In this document: in pieces, positions 1-11,834 of the stretch | Layout: every line of letters begins with the position of its first letter | Position numbering within the stretch: position 1 is the first letter of the stretch | Assembly: GCF_032062105.1 (NCBI RefSeq) | Contig: NW_026940777.1 | Location: 1 to 64,000, forward strand | Direction of reading: 5' to 3' | Length of the DNA stretch: 64,000 bases | DNA from: Saccostrea cucullata | Lineage: Eukaryota | The notes under the pieces: generated by a model | Seen by the model: the letters and a program-made list of their open reading frames with translations, nothing else | Databases searched by the model: none | Told to the model about the DNA's origin: nothing | Made by a program: the position numbers and the translations under genes

Positions 1-169
1 CAAGAAACCATTGAGAATATGAAGTTAACTGAGGTATTCATTTTTTGGATTAATCCTAATGAAATTTGCAATGTATATTAATTCAAACTTTGCTTCTTTG
101 TAGTAAGGTTATATGCTTCGCTCCATTCTGTATCTCCCTAATTAACTTGCTTTTTGACAAGGTCAATTT

Positions 170-960
170 TCAGATCGTTCAAATTTTTCAGACATCATTG
201 GTTTTAACTATAAGTTCCAAACTGACAAAACTTTCAGGGATCATGGTAAATCTAAGAATGCACGCTACAAGATTTACTTTACGGATGCTGTGAATTTGAA
301 CTACATTTCCGTATGATTAAAATTTTTGGAGCAGATTCATTCTAAAGCACAAATAAGCATTCTGTTGACCATACTTACTTGAATGATACATCTAAGGATG
401 CACACTTCCAGACTCGCTTTAAATGCTTAATTTGACTTCCTTTTCTAAATAATCGGCCAGGTTTTAGACTTTGGATTAATTAAACATATACTCTTTACTG
501 ATCAACCTCGCTTGAAGATACATTGATGTATAAAACCAGCATTGCTACACATGCAAGATTTGACCTTCATCTGGATACGTGACCAGGTTAAAGGTTTTTT
601 GGATCAAGTTTATTCTTATGTAACTTCATGTCCTCTCTATACCAATCTTGCATGATTTATAAGGGACGAACACTCTCAAACCTACAGTACATACTGGTTT
701 AACTAACATTCTCTCGAAAAGAGATCAGATTAATTTTTGGAGCAGACTCATTCTAGTGTCTAACTTCAAGCCCTTTGATATCAAAGCTTGAATGATTTTT
801 GCAACTGCAATGCACTCTATCAGACTTACTTAAATTGATCCATAAGTATACCTCTGCATGAGTGATCAGGTTAAAGCTTTTGCATCCGGCATATTCTAGT
901 TTATCGAAGCCCTATCTAGATCAGTCTTGTGTGGATTATAATCTAAGAATATTCATCAAC
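170..960. repeat. Degenerate ~140-bp tandem repeat in the intron upstream of the STAND-ankyrin exon
   Basis: Related blocks (gatcaggttaaa..ttttggagcagactcattctag-like) recur at ~173, 315, 455, 581, 722 and 864; aatgcac/gatgcac blocks occur at ~257, 397 and 809. Confidence 0.5.
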
Positions 961-1021
961 AAACCTGCCTTTGTTGCTAAATTTAATTTTTGTGTTTTAA
1001 TTAGTGATTGTGTGATTTTAG

Positions 1022-4000
1022 CTTGTAATCCTGCAAAAGAAAAGTCGCTCTTTTACGAAGAAACAAGACAATTTAAGGATGTAAAAGATGCCGTGGAAAA
1101 GAATAAATGCGTTCTTATCATTGGTGATTCTGGATGTGGAAAAACTGCAACAATGAAACAAGTGGCTTATTGCCTTGCTGAAGAAGACTTTGTGATAAAG
1201 AAAATTTCTGCTTTTAAAGATATAAAGTTGGATTCGGATGTTGACTCAAAAGTTGTGTTTCTTTGGGATAATGCCTTTGGAATGTTTGGTTTTGATATTT
1301 CTTTTGTGCAAGATTTAGAAAGTTATAGAGATCTTAACACATTGCTGAAATCGAAGTATTCGAAACTTATTATGACCTGCAGAACAGCAGTGTACGAGAA
1401 AATAAAGAAATTCAATTTTTCGCTTGTTGCAACAATTGTAGATCTCTCGGATATTGTAATAAGTCTGGGCATTCAGGAAAAAACAGGTTTACTTAATCAT
1501 GTATGCGGCCATTACAAGGTGGCAGAAGTAGACAAGCTAACAGGTTCCAAAAGCCAGGCTTTCCCTCTTCTTTGTATGCTTCTGTCTGATTTCAAGGAAC
1601 TAAGACTAAAATCATTAGAATTCTTTGACAATCACCAAATGGTATTTCTCAAATACCTTGATTCTATGCGAGAAGAAAGACAAGTTTCTTATTTGTTTCT
1701 AGTATACTGTGTATTAAAAGGTTCTTTTTCTTATCCTTTCGACAATTCAGATGATAGTTCAGAAAGAATAAGAATCGAAGCGGACTCATGTCATGAATAT
1801 TGTAGAAATGGATTCTCTATTAAAGATATTGATGAAGAATGTGATCGACTAGTTCAAGAAACGCAATGGTTTCTTAGAGATGGGAAACATTACATCTTTA
1901 AACATACATATGTCTTTGAGATGCTTGCTTTTCATTATGGAAAAGATCATACAAACCGCTTGCTTAAATATATGGAGTGTAATTTTATATCAGAGAAATG
2001 TTTGATAAACGAGGAGATAGAGGCTTCATGTCATGAGGAAAAGCTTTGCGTTTTAGTGAAAAGAGAGAGTCTGAAAGAAAGAATCTTTACTGACATCAAA
2101 GACCTGAAATACCTGGAAGCATTTACAAATAAATGTTGGAATGATGAATTATTCTGCAGAATGTGTTGTACTTCTATTCAACAAATGGAACTGTCTGATT
2201 TTGAGATAACGTTTCTTTCCCTGAAGCCTATAGATCATCGTGATTATCGAATCGAAAGATCTGACAAAAAAGCAAAGAGGTACTTGTCTTTGAAAAGTAA
2301 TGATTGTGAATGGTTTCGTGAGAAACTTTTGGAAGGTCGAACAGAAAATGTTATTGAGGACAATATTTATTATGAGGGAAATGTTAAAGCTGTGAGTTGG
2401 GTGATTGGATATGGGATTTCAAGTCTTCTTAAAGATATAGTCAGTAAAGCCAAACACAGCAGATATTGGATAGAACAATCTTCCAGTGACGACGTCGAAC
2501 AAATAAGACTGTTACTTCTTGCAATCTTCAGTGAAGACTACAAATGTTTTGAAATCATTGTAAGATGTGTAGATATTCAAACCATCAACACCACTTGTTT
2601 TTCCTGTACTAATATTGAAGATGAAGAAAGTGATTGCCTAAATAAGCATAAAAAATTTACCCCACTGACTGCTTCTTGTTATATGGGCTTCACCAGCGCA
2701 ATGAGGAAACTAGTCGAAATGGGGGCTAATGTCAATCTGAAAGATGAAAACGAAAGTACACCTTTGGTATTGGCATGCCGATTTGGAGTGTCTTCTGACG
2801 TTGAATATTTGATTGAGAAAGGTGCTTCTCTTCATCTTGGATCACCACAATTCCCACTGATTGCTGCAGTAATGGGCAAAAATGTCAAAACGGTGGAATT
2901 TCTTCTACAAAATAATGTAAATGTCAACAAAAGCAATGAAAAAGAGAAAACTGCTCTATATTATGCAGCAAAACTAGGGTCTTTAGACATAGTGAAGCTC
3001 TTAGTTGAACATGGTGCTCAAGTAAACAAAACCGACGAAGATCGAAAGTCTCCATTGTACTGGGTTGCTCAAAAGGGCCATTATGATATTGCAGATTTTC
3101 TAATAGACCATGGGGCAGAATGTGATCAAAGTGACAGTAAAAATAAATCTCCATTATATTGCGCGGCTAAGCGAGGATATCTAAAAATCATTAAGTTGCT
3201 TGTCAAAAAAGGAGCTGACATAAATAGGCCAACAACGAAGAACAGAACAGCACTTTACAGGGCGGCAAAGAGAGGATATTTTGAAATTTGTAAATATTTG
3301 ATAGATAACTCAGCTAATGTGAATAAGACTGACAAAAAGGGGTACTCTCCTTTGTACTGGGCTTCTAAAAAAGGTCATGAAACTATTGTAGAGTTGTTAT
3401 TGGCAAACAATGCTTTTGTTGACAGTCAGTCTGATGGTGGAAAAACTGCACTATACTGGGCGTCTCAAAAGGGCAGGTTAGATATAGCCACTTGTCTAAT
3501 AAACAGAGGAGCCGAGGTAAATTTGACGGATAAAGATAATAAATCTCCACTTTACTGTGCATCAAAGCGTGGACATACAGAAATGGTGGAATATCTTATC
3601 AGTAGTGGTGCTGTTGTAAACACAAGTACCAAAAACTCCAAATCTGCAGTATTTCGAGCAGCAAAAAGGAATCACGTGTGTGTTTTGCAATTACTTTTAG
3701 CAAAAGGGGCGGATATTAACCTTTCCAACAAACAAAATGAATCTCCCCTTTACTGGGCAGCAAGGAGAGGACATCATGAAGTTGTTCACTCATTGTTAAG
3801 CGCGAAAACAGAGTCTGACGTTAATATGTCCTGTGAGTTGCAGCAGACAGCTTTGTACTGGGCATGTCAAAAGGGGTACTTGAATATTGTTATATCTCTA
3901 GTGAATCATGGTGCTTTTGTTAACCAAGCAGATAGACGCTGTAAATCACCGCTTTATTGTGCAGCAAAACGTGGTTTTTACGACATTGTTAAGTTTCTTA

Positions 4001-4404
4001 TTGAGAATGGGGCCGATGTCAATACTAGGAACATGAAGAATCAATCTGCCTTGTATCGAGCCTCTAAAAGAAACCATGAAACCATTGTCAAATACCTCAT
4101 TGACAAGAAAGCGGACCTCAATGTACAAGATAAGTATGGGGATACACCCCTTCATTGGGCAGCTACAAATGGGCACATTGAAATAGTAAAATTGCTATGT
4201 AAAAATGAAAGCGATATCAATGTTTCGAATAAAAAGAAACAAACACCAATCCACTGTGCTGAGAGAAGTGGTCATATAGAAATTTTCAATTATTTATCAG
4301 GATTGGATGCTGATCCTCAGCTTCCTGTCAAATATGCTCATCCAGCATTAGATATGTTTGAGGAGGCTGAACTTGATAATGCTGAACTCCCTATAGAGGC
4401 ATAA
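1022..4404 (+). CDS. STAND-class P-loop NTPase (nSTAND3-like) with C-terminal ankyrin-repeat array; last large exon of a gene starting upstream
   Basis: Open frame 862-4404. Walker A GDSGCGKT, Walker B VVFLWDNAFG, sensor-1 IMTCR, FPLLC helical motif, YIFKH winged-helix motif, then ~17 ankyrin repeats (SPLYxAAxxGHxxIVxxLxxxGAxVN). Probable splice acceptor ttttag at 1016-1021; the ORF 5' end (GTG at 862) is probably intronic. Confidence 0.9.
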
Positions 4405-5034
4405 GTCGAAATCATGCATTTGTATATTAAGTTTTAAAAATTTTAAAAAGAGTGTTGTGGAGTTTAATTTTGTCAAGTCCAATTTCAATATAATGCAAAC
4501 AAAAAGTATTGTTATATACGTATTTAAGTGTCGGAAAAGCAGAGACTGTTTAAATCTATCATATCGTTTTTTTTTAAGTAAAATTTCTTTAATTCTGATA
4601 TATTTTGTGTGTGTCAATTAAGTATCCTTGTTTCTTTCTGAATATATATCATTCAGATAACTTTATTTTTTGAATAGATAGGAAATCTTTTTATACTTAT
4701 TTTTTAGGTTGTTCATTCGTTATTTTTTCTTCTTCTAGACATCTAATATGGTATTGGTTAACTAAAATTAAAAGATTAATTTACGATTTGCATCATGAAA
4801 AATAACAGTATATGAATAAAATTTGCAGCTTTAAAGTGTTATATCGTTTTTATCATATCAAGAAATAATAACATACCGTTCTTTAACTAGAGCATCGTTC
4901 AATGACCAAATACTTTTTTCAAATAAGAAAAATGGCAGTTACATACGAAATCAATCGGATAATCGATCCCCCGGTCTTTTATGACGAGTTACTAATGTTC
5001 AAAATTGACAATTAGTGCTAAAATACGTCCTTTT

Positions 5035-5200
5035 CTTTTGTATGCCCATGATCGAAAGATCCTAAGGGTATATTGTTTTTGCCCTGTCTGTTTGTCTGTC
5101 TGTCTGTTGTCAACTTTAACCTAGCCCATAACCATTGCGATGTTTACCACTTCAGAATAATGTTACAGGTACCATCGGTTAGTGTTTCACAAACACATTT
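5035..5200 (-). mobile_element. Helentron/HINE-type non-autonomous fragment
   Basis: Terminal hairpin (gatcgaaagatc) next to a (tgtc)n microsatellite and a ttcacaaacacat end, the layout typical of bivalve Helentron derivatives. Confidence 0.45.
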
Positions 5201-5789
5201 TGTTTTGTTTGTTATTTTTTGCAAAATCGTATTCTTATTTTAATGGATAATATTTAATGATCGTGTTATATTATATTTTTTATTTTGAATTCATTATCTC
5301 TCTTTTTTTAATTATAAGGATAAGGTGGATTCCTTGTGACGACTCCAAAAATTACGCATTTCATTTTGCTTGTTTTATTTTCGGAGCGCCTTAACAGTCT
5401 TTTGCTGCTTATTACCATTATATTTATTACATTTTATACAAGTAGATTAGAACATTCATTGTCATATCAGCATTTGCAATATGTCAAAATCTACCTGAAC
5501 AAGTACTGTATTTGATATTTCCTTTTTTTTTCTTTAGGAAGTAAACGATTATAATATTATTCAGTTATATTTGAAAATAATATATCTGTTGATACATAAA
5601 TTTGAGTTTCAGATATAAATGTTGAGACAAATAAATACCTTGTGGTCATTATGACTCGAAGTCCCCTCATTTAGCTTTTGTTTGAATATGAATTATGAAA
5701 ACATATTTTCAAATAAAAAAATGGAATAAAAAGTATCGTAGATATTTTGGGATGCAATATTGAACTTTAAATGAAATAGAGAAAACGAA

Positions 5790-6390
5790 CAGAAACAATA
5801 GAAACAGGACCGAGTAAAAACAAGCGTCTAAAAACATCAAAGATTAGATAAAGTGGCTATATCGACCGGTTACACCCACTGTGTGCTTCTTGTCATGATC
5901 AGGAAAAAGGGAAATATAGTATTAAACATGTCAGCATATGACTTAATGATAGTTTCATTTCAACCAATACTGTTCATATTATTATTTCATCAACTTTTTT
6001 TGTCAATAGCTTGACTCGTTTTAGAAATTCTTGGCAGGTGTATTGCTACATATATAAGGGAAATTGACAATAGAAAATCATCACATTTGTCATAATATTT
6101 TCTTGTTAGCTTACCATTAAGTATTTTTCTAGCATAAAAATAATCAGAGTATGAAACGATGTGTTATACTGCAAAGTATCTGTAGCATCAACTTCACTGG
6201 ATATGTCGATACAACTATTTTAAATTGGTTAAGCATTCTGATGTATCATAAAGTCGAGTCAAAGCCATATGAAGTGTTTTCGTCTTCTCTGTTATAATTC
6301 TGCTTCAAATGAGTACAAAAATGGAACTGAAAAAAAAAAAACGCGCGAAATTGGAATCATTGTGATTTCCGACGGAGTAGAAGATCTATC
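5790..6390 (-). mobile_element. Degenerate Penelope-like retroelement fragment
   Basis: Minus strand gives remnants of VGIxM, FLYSFEAE and FSIVNFPY motifs plus the family terminal module (gaccggttacaccc) seen in the copies at 12-13.8 kb and 21-22.5 kb. Confidence 0.6.
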
Positions 6391-9300
6391 TCCAAAAACC
6401 AATAAATATTTTCGATCAGAAATTTAAGCAACTCTTTAAATGATAATCTTCAGAATACTTTTGTTTATAAGTGATGCTACTAAAGTAATTTTTATGAAGA
6501 AAACCGAAAATGTGCAAAAAATGTAGAAGATCAACCGAAAACAAACAATCAATTTTAGTTGAACGATTAAAATTGAACTAAACTGAACTAAATATCTGAT
6601 GTATTACCAAAGTGTTTGTATTTTTATCACGCCACTAACTTAAACTTTTTTTAAAAAAGTTTTTTAAAACTTTTTGCAGAAGTTTATACCTTATAGGATG
6701 AGTTCACCTATAATGATATACATCAAAATATCTCTTAATCAGTGATTTTACGGGGAAAAAAATAAATGTCTCTAGAACAAATCACGAAAATATAATATGC
6801 GAAATGTAATATATAAATTAACAGTTACCCCCCCCCAAAAAAAAAATCATTTGTAAAGCTATAAAAATTCGGATAAAAATACTTAATTATTAATAACTTT
6901 TGATTTCGAAAGATTCAGAATTTCTGTATGTTCTTGGGGGTAAATTAAAAATTAAAGGGTTACAGTATATAAACACCTGCTAAAAGTTATTTTCCGCAAT
7001 AAATTTTATCTCAGAAAAGCACATTAATTATATCTCCAACGTTTTATCATATACCATTAGGACAATTGGTCACGATATGTTTAGTTACCCCCGGTGGTCA
7101 TCTGTTAAATGATACGTGTATTTTACCTTTAAACTCTATGTGTAGTTTCTTTTTAAGCGCTAAGCGCAGCGCAAAGCGCTTTCTGTCAGCGTAAATCTAC
7201 TTCCGTTCTGGATCCAGCGCCACTATAAGCAAGTTAGATAACTCCGCTTGTTATGCTAAAAATATGCAACTGGAAATCCCTGACTCTCTTCCTGCTATTT
7301 TAGTGTAATGCTGCGTCACGAGCATTTCTAATCATAGAAGGCAATTAGTAAGGTTTAAGGATGTCCCACAGCTAGAAGATAAGAGCAGTTCTTATCATGC
7401 TCTTCTCTATATATTGTAGTTTATTTAAATCATGTCGGCACACATTAATTTGGTTCCACGTAGCTTACAATTGCTGTCTCTATGGCGCAATTACTTAATT
7501 ATAAAACCAGTATATTATTTTTTATGTACATGCAATATAGTGCCTGAATATTCAATAAGTACCCGGTACATGATTTAAAACTCGGATGGGAATTTGATAA
7601 TTTTTTAAATCTCAAACTGGAAGTGAGTTATTCAGAAAAAGAAATCGCATAAAATTGATTTACAATGTACTACTTACATAATATGGTACGTTCTATATAT
7701 CCATATAAACTATAATTATTTTTTCTTCTAGACAATTATTTCAGGCACTAAAATAAGCCTTTCTATTAACATCTTGCACCATGCTGAGATTTATAAGTGA
7801 AGTTGATTTTCGCATCTAAGTATCAATTAGTAACAGACTGGAATGCATTTAAGGACAATCTTTTCTAATTAATGTCTATACTTGTGTTGTACATAAATTC
7901 GAAAGGAATGACAATTTGTAGCTGTACAGACATGTAGAGCATGTGGTGGATGTGTTTTCAACGAATCCACTCAAATAGTAAAACTTATTGCTCGGAATAC
8001 ATGTGTTGTGCTCTAAAATTGTGCGTGTAGTGTGCAGGATATAGCGAAAAATGCTAAAACTTTAATTAACGTTCTTAGCAATGGACAGAAATAGGGCTGA
8101 TGAAATACTGAGCAAACAGTGTAATACTTGAAGTAGGGATCTAGGATTATATAGTTTATGTAAAGATGTGTCTCAGCTGTGTTGCCGATTCTTAATGAAG
8201 ACTAAATAAAAACAGAATAAAATAATGTTGTATACCTTCATGAAGATTTACTAATACTTGAGATTAATACTGTATTTTCTTTCTTGGACTCTTGAATTAT
8301 TAATCATTGAAATAGCAGAAAAATTATGAGCAATTATTTTCAGCATTCCTTTTTAACTAGCACAACAATAGATACTCAGTATGTTTTTCCTCTCAACATG
8401 TTTTGCATGGTAGTGAAGATGATACATACACAAGTAAAGAATGGTGAAAAGCACCAGGCGTCGGCAAAAAATACTGAAGCATTTTAAATTATTTCAACAA
8501 TAGTCAAAATACTTTTGGGGGTTTAACGTATGACGGGTTTTGACGTATTTTTAATCCAAAGAAGAAAAGTGTAAAAATTTTATTGCAAAAACGTATCAAT
8601 TACTAATGAGTGACACATATTGTATATCAACACAAATGTTACTGCAAATACATGTACACTATAAATCATATATTTGAAAATCAGAGATTACATGATAGCA
8701 TCAAAATATAAATATAATTATATCTTTATACTAAAATGTATATTTACATATTATCTCTAACATAAAGGGCGTTAATTCTACGGATGTTAATTTCATTTAC
8801 ATATGACGTAGTTACAAAGATGATGCCAATCTTCAATTTGAAAAACCTGTAAACGCAGAATGAATTTGTTATTAAATATGATCACCAGAAGATTTTATCT
8901 TTCAGTGTTGCACGTAAATGTGAGGAATTTTAGCGATATTTTCAAGTGTTAACATTTTTTTCCAAATACAATATATACATTTTCCAGCGAAAGTATTGAT
9001 TTCCCACAATTTTTTATTAAAATAGAAAATTTGATGTTAACACCAAATTTTCTATTCTAATAAAAATTTGTGGGAAGAAAGTATAGCTACATGTACATTT
9101 AGATTTTAAATTTGATCGGAAAACTCGATTACCATCTCGAAAGAAAATAATTTTACACGCAAAAATATTTTCTTGCAATTTCTTGTACAGTACTGTAGGT
9201 GAAATTGATTGATCTTTTGGCATACGAGGATAATGTATAATGCTTGAAAAAAAAAGGCATGAGACAATGTTGAATTTCATATCCAAACGGGGTTCACATA

Positions 9301-9546
9301 TTCAGGACTCACAAACTTTTTGACAACTTGCTCGATCTAGCGCTACTGCACTGTCAAAATATCGCTAAGAATTCAATACAACAGGACATTTTAAATTAAA
9401 ATAATTCTGACGAATTCCAAATCAATATACTTAGCGCTTCCCAGTACTTTCAGTACTTTGATTTTTTTCTCGTGGTTATTTCTAAATCGCTACTGTATAT
9501 CAAATGTAAACACTTTACCAGCCACAGCACACAGCTGTGACCGCTA

Positions 9547-9652
9547 GGGGGAAAATCCCTTGTTTATTCACGGCGCAATGCTTTTTATGTGGATGACGTA
9601 GCTTGTCATATATAATCACGTGCATTTGTAATTCTCAAGTATATAAATAAAT
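9547..9652 (+). promoter_or_regulatory. Proximal promoter of cystatin 1 with NF-kB-like site, CRE-like site and TATA box
   Basis: GGGAAAATCC (9549-9558) fits GGGRNWYYCC; ATGACGTA ~9593; TATATAAATA ~9640, ~50 nt before the ATG at 9692. Confidence 0.5.
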
Positions 9653-9691
9653 CGTCAGCTGTTTTCATCCGACCAGGACATTAGGACAAAT

Positions 9692-10677
9692 ATGGCGTAC
9701 TTGAAACTCGGACTATGTTTGTGTTTACTTGGGCTTACCAATGCCCTTGGTGGTCGTAGGGTAGGGGGTATTTCTCAGGATGCCCGCCCCGTGGATCAAG
9801 AGATCAGAGAATTAGTTGATAGAGTGAGTACTCAGTAATGACAGTTGTTATATCATCATTCTAAGTTAAGTGGTGTTTACTACTGGCTTTAATTATTGTT
9901 CGGTTTATCAAATCATGTGTTGTGTCAGTGCAGATCAATAATCATTTTGTTGTGATAGAATGGAAGAATACGTCATTTTATGTACATGTGCACTCTTCAC
10001 TGACTGGAATACATATTGATCAAAATAAAATTCGTATATCTAAGTCCTACATTGATTCATTTATGTTCACGGTTTTTTTGAAGAGTGTAATGATGTGTAT
10101 TATGATAAAGTGTTTTTTTCCTAGGTGAAAGGGGATATACTGACACAGCTTCCTTCCAATGAGGAAAGAAGTATGTTTGAGCCAATTTCCTATAAAACCC
10201 AATTGGTAAATGGAGTCAACTATTTTGTTAAGGTTAGTATTCTTTTTTTTCAGAGTAATTAAAGTCTTTTTATTGATAGTTATATTAATTAAATAAAGTA
10301 CATTGTAGGAAGTATATTCCAGAAATATTCGATACATACAGTGTATCCAATTTGTCAAGATCATAAATATCTTTTATATATATTTATGTATCAAGATTTT
10401 TACTTACATATAACATTTAAGCTGCTCAAATGTTTCTATAACATTTTTTATACGTATGGATTTGATAAAATAAATCGATTTTACTTTACTTTGATTTTGC
10501 AGATTGACATATAAAAAGATAAATGTATTTGAAAATTAATTTTTATTCTTTCAGATCCAGACAGGTGTTAACAGTTACATCCATGTCAAAATATACAGCA
10601 ACTTTAGGAAAACAGATGTTTCCCTTACTGGTTTAGAAGTAGGAAAAACTGCCGAGGATCCAATCAATTATATCTAG
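9692..10677 (+). CDS. Secreted stefin-like cystatin (120 aa), exons 9692-9823, 10125-10232, 10555-10677
   Basis: Spliced translation MAYLKLGLCLCLLGLTNALGGRRVGGISQDARPVDQEIRELVDR/VKGDILTQLPSNEERSMFEPISYKTQLVNGVNYFVK/IQTGVNSYIHVKIYSNFRKTDVSLTGLEVGKTAEDPINYI*. It has an N-terminal GG, QLVNG (QxVxG), NYFVK, YIHVKI and a stefin-type C-terminus; GT-AG phase-0 introns. Confidence 0.92.
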
Positions 10678-11834
10678 TCTGGTTGATACTGAATATTCAG
10701 AGTCACAAAATCTCTCTTTTTCATAGCAAACTGTTTTATGGATTATTTTGCCTCCTCTAAGTTTAACTTTTGTGTTGTGTTATTTTTCTGATTTCTTTGA
10801 TACATGTGAAAAATCAAAACAAGAAAAAAAACGACAGGACGCAGATAACTTTGTACTCAAAAAAGAAATTTTTAACATAGAAATCAAAATGACTGTGTTT
10901 CCAAATATTCAAATGTTAAAGACATGAAAATATAAAATAAATAATTTTTTTGTTTACAAGAAGAACAAGTGTTTTGTTGTTTTCTTAATTATGCTGCACT
11001 GATAAATATACATCAAAACACACGAAAATCTTTTCTCTTTATTGAATTCTGTTTTCAGTTACAAATTGAAATGTAGAATCAGACTGAAAGTGTCAATTAC
11101 GTTCAGAACTAAAAATTTAAACTTGATGGAATACTAATTATTTTTTACAGCACATTCAAAAATCATCATTCATCTGCACATAAATTTGCATATGAAGGTA
11201 CTTTTAAAATATGCATATGATTTCAATGGCCGTTAATGTATTGAAAAAATAAACTTTAGGAGATAAACACGGTTAAGATTAATACATAATTATCACACAG
11301 TTACAAATAATATTTTGCGTTTAAGGCAAAATACTAGCAGTACTTGAACAAGATCAAAATAAACATGAAAATATTTCGTACTCCAAAATTAATTCATATA
11401 ACACATAAAAAATCTTCGAAATGTTTAAAAATATGTAAACATTATACAGCAAAAAATTTGAATAAATATATAAAACATATCAATCCGCTTTTTTTTAAAT
11501 CACCAAATTTGATGTTAAAATAAAATATTTTTTATGTAACCTTTACGCATTCCCTGCCTACTTATACATTTGTCGTGACTTGGTAAATGGAAATAATAAT
11601 ATATGTAATCACTTCAGTATAAAATCCATGGCCTAGCAACCTGTACTGAATAGGTCATTCAACATTCTACCCAACGCTGGATTAAATATTTTTAACCAAG
11701 GTTAATGTACTAGTATCTATTATTAACCTTAACTTTAGATTGGAGAGATTGTAGACGAACTCTACTTATTTGTCGGTAGACTGTCTTGTTTTTTTTTAAA
11801 CTGACCATACGAAGAACATGTTTTTGTGTATCAA

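Noticed and set aside
862-1021. GTG start and first 53 codons of the 1180-aa ORF
   Set aside because: Overlaps the intronic tandem repeat and a polypyrimidine/AG acceptor; probably intron read in frame
8090-8145. Hammerhead-like CTGATGA followed by two hairpins
   Set aside because: The GAAA core is missing and stem I is not complementary
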